Assembly (NCBI GenBank): GCA_963790245.1
Contig: CAWBNP010000002.1
Location: 1,101,625 to 1,165,624, forward strand
Direction of reading: 5' to 3'
Length of the DNA: 64,000 nt
Origin: an uncultured Thermoleophilaceae bacterium
GTDB lineage: Bacteria > Actinomycetota > Thermoleophilia > Solirubrobacterales > Thermoleophilaceae
The translations under genes were made by a program, and so were the position numbers. Positions 63,120 to 64,000 of this stretch are shown in pieces. Under the pieces are notes generated by a model that saw only the letters and a program-made list of their open reading frames with translations, ran no database searches and was not told the DNA's origin. Each line of letters begins with the position of its first letter. Positions within the stretch are counted from its first letter, which is position 1.

Positions 63120-64000
63120 TTAGTGGCGAACGGCGAGCCGCGGTGAGGCGAGGCCGGTGGCATCGAGCCGTCCGCGCAAGACGACCCGCTCTTCGAGCAT
63201 CCAGCGCTCGGCCTCCTCGGGCGCCGCGCGGTCAAGCGCCGCGTCTGAGGCGACGACTGACACCTCGCGGTCCTTGGCGAGGTCGGACAGCCGTGCCGCC
63301 TCGTTGACCGGGTCGCCGATCACGGTGTACTCGAAGCGGTGCTCCGCACCGACGTTGCCGGCCACCGCGCGCCCGGCGGAGACGCCGATCCCGAACCCGA
63401 TGTCGGGCATCTCGCGGTCGAGGCGCTCGGCGATCTGCCGCCCGGCCGCCAGCGCGCAGCCCGCCGGGTCCCGGACGTCCACGGGCGCGCCGAACAGGCA
63501 CAGCGCCGCGTCGCCCTCGAACTTGTTGACCAAGCCGTTCTCGTCTTCGACGACCTCGACCACGACCCGGAAGAACCGGTTCAGCAGCCGCACGACCTCG
63601 GTCGGCGGCAGCGCCAGCGACATGGCCGTCGAGCCCGTCAGGTCCACGAACACGGCGCCGATCTCACGTTCTTCGCCTCCGAGTCGGGTGCCGTCGCGCA
63701 GCGCGGCCCGCGCCACCTCGTGACCGACCTGGCGGCCGAACATGTCGCGGATGCGCTCACGCTCGCGCAGCCCTTCGGCCATCCGGTTGAAGCCGGCCTG
63801 CAGCATCCCGATCTCGCTGGCGTCGTCGATCGCGACCTCGGCCTCGAGTTCGCCGCGGCCGACCCGGTCGATCGCCCGGCGGACGGACGTGAGCGGATCG
63901 GCGACCGCTCGCGCGGAGATCTTCGTCGCGAGCAGGCTGATGGACAGCGCCACGAGCGCCAAGAAGATCGACGCCCCGGCGAGGTACTCGGTCTCGACCC
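63120..64000 (-). CDS. HAMP-domain adenylate/guanylate cyclase (partial; N-terminus beyond the window end)
   Basis: The frame stays open to position 64000 (…VETEYLAGASIFLALVALSISLL TM helix). A HAMP region follows, then the class III cyclase core (GAVFVDLTGSTAM, NKFEGDAALCLFGAP, TVIGDPVNEAARL). Confidence 0.85.
   Translation of the reverse strand, partial: VETEYLAGASIFLALVALSISLLATKISARAVADPLTSVRRAIDRVGRGELEAEVAIDDASEIGMLQAGFNRMAEGLRERERIRDMFGRQVGHEVARAALRDGTRLGGEEREIGAVFVDLTGSTAMSLALPPTEVVRLLNRFFRVVVEVVEDENGLVNKFEGDAALCLFGAPVDVRDPAGCALAAGRQIAERLDREMPDIGFGIGVSAGRAVAGNVGAEHRFEYTVIGDPVNEAARLSDLAKDREVSVVASDAALDRAAPEEAERWMLEERVVLRGRLDATGLASPRLAVRH

Noticed and set aside
1-64000. I looked for rRNA/tRNA genes, CRISPR repeats, transposases/integrases, phage genes, toxin-antitoxin pairs and known defence-system signatures.
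   Set aside because: By eye I found no cloverleaf-like intergenic segments, no regularly spaced direct repeats, and no DDE/tyrosine-recombinase, nuclease-helicase or other defence-type ORFs. Intergenic regions are short, mostly under 200 bp. A tRNAscan/Infernal/CRISPR-finder run would be needed to be certain.

Overview
This is a high-GC (about 70% by eye) actinobacterial-type chromosomal segment. It is densely coding, with about 65 protein genes, many GTG/TTG starts and many 1-4 nt start/stop overlaps. I found no rRNA, tRNA, CRISPR array, transposase or integrase by reading it.

Main blocks, in order:
1. 1-7.8 kb: lipid and acyl-CoA type metabolism (HMG-CoA lyase, esterase, MDR and SDR oxidoreductases, MaoC hydratase, acyl-CoA dehydrogenase).
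2. 8.1-9.6 kb: xseA-xseB.
3. 9.6-19.5 kb, minus strand: six translationally coupled MCE genes. The fourth is frame-interrupted. They are preceded by a BASS/SBF symporter rather than by YrbE/MlaE permeases.
4. 19.6-28.8 kb: miscellaneous envelope genes and genes of unknown function, including a coupled pair of a large polytopic membrane protein and a CrtI-like oxidoreductase.
5. 28.9-30.6 kb: PII-Amt.
6. 30.6-35.1 kb: a GH65 phosphorylase coupled to an unusual NDH-2::beta-phosphoglucomutase fusion ORF.
7. 36.1-37.7 kb: a three-gene operon of a Fur-family regulator, a NicO-like metal transporter and a small Cys protein.
8. 37.8-51.6 kb, minus strand: a complete 15-gene group 1h (group 5, high-affinity or atmospheric H2) [NiFe]-hydrogenase operon. 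Transcription order is hypC, hypC-like, hypD, hypE, hhyS, hhyL, a frameshifted NifU/Rieske-like gene, three conserved unknowns, the maturation protease, hypA, hypB, a tandem-SIS protein and hypF. A divergent MarR gene sits in an AT-rich promoter island.
9. 52.2-64 kb: small tailoring-enzyme-like operons, PlsC, YeeE, a P450/TetR module, a PrmC-related methyltransferase, an AlkZ-like protein and a partial HAMP adenylate cyclase.

Most worth following up: the permease-less BASS-mce6 locus, the NDH-2::beta-PGM fusion, the uncharacterised genes inside the hydrogenase operon together with the nickel module, a 22-bp perfect hairpin, and two reading-frame interruptions. All family assignments come from motif recognition by eye. 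No database search was run.
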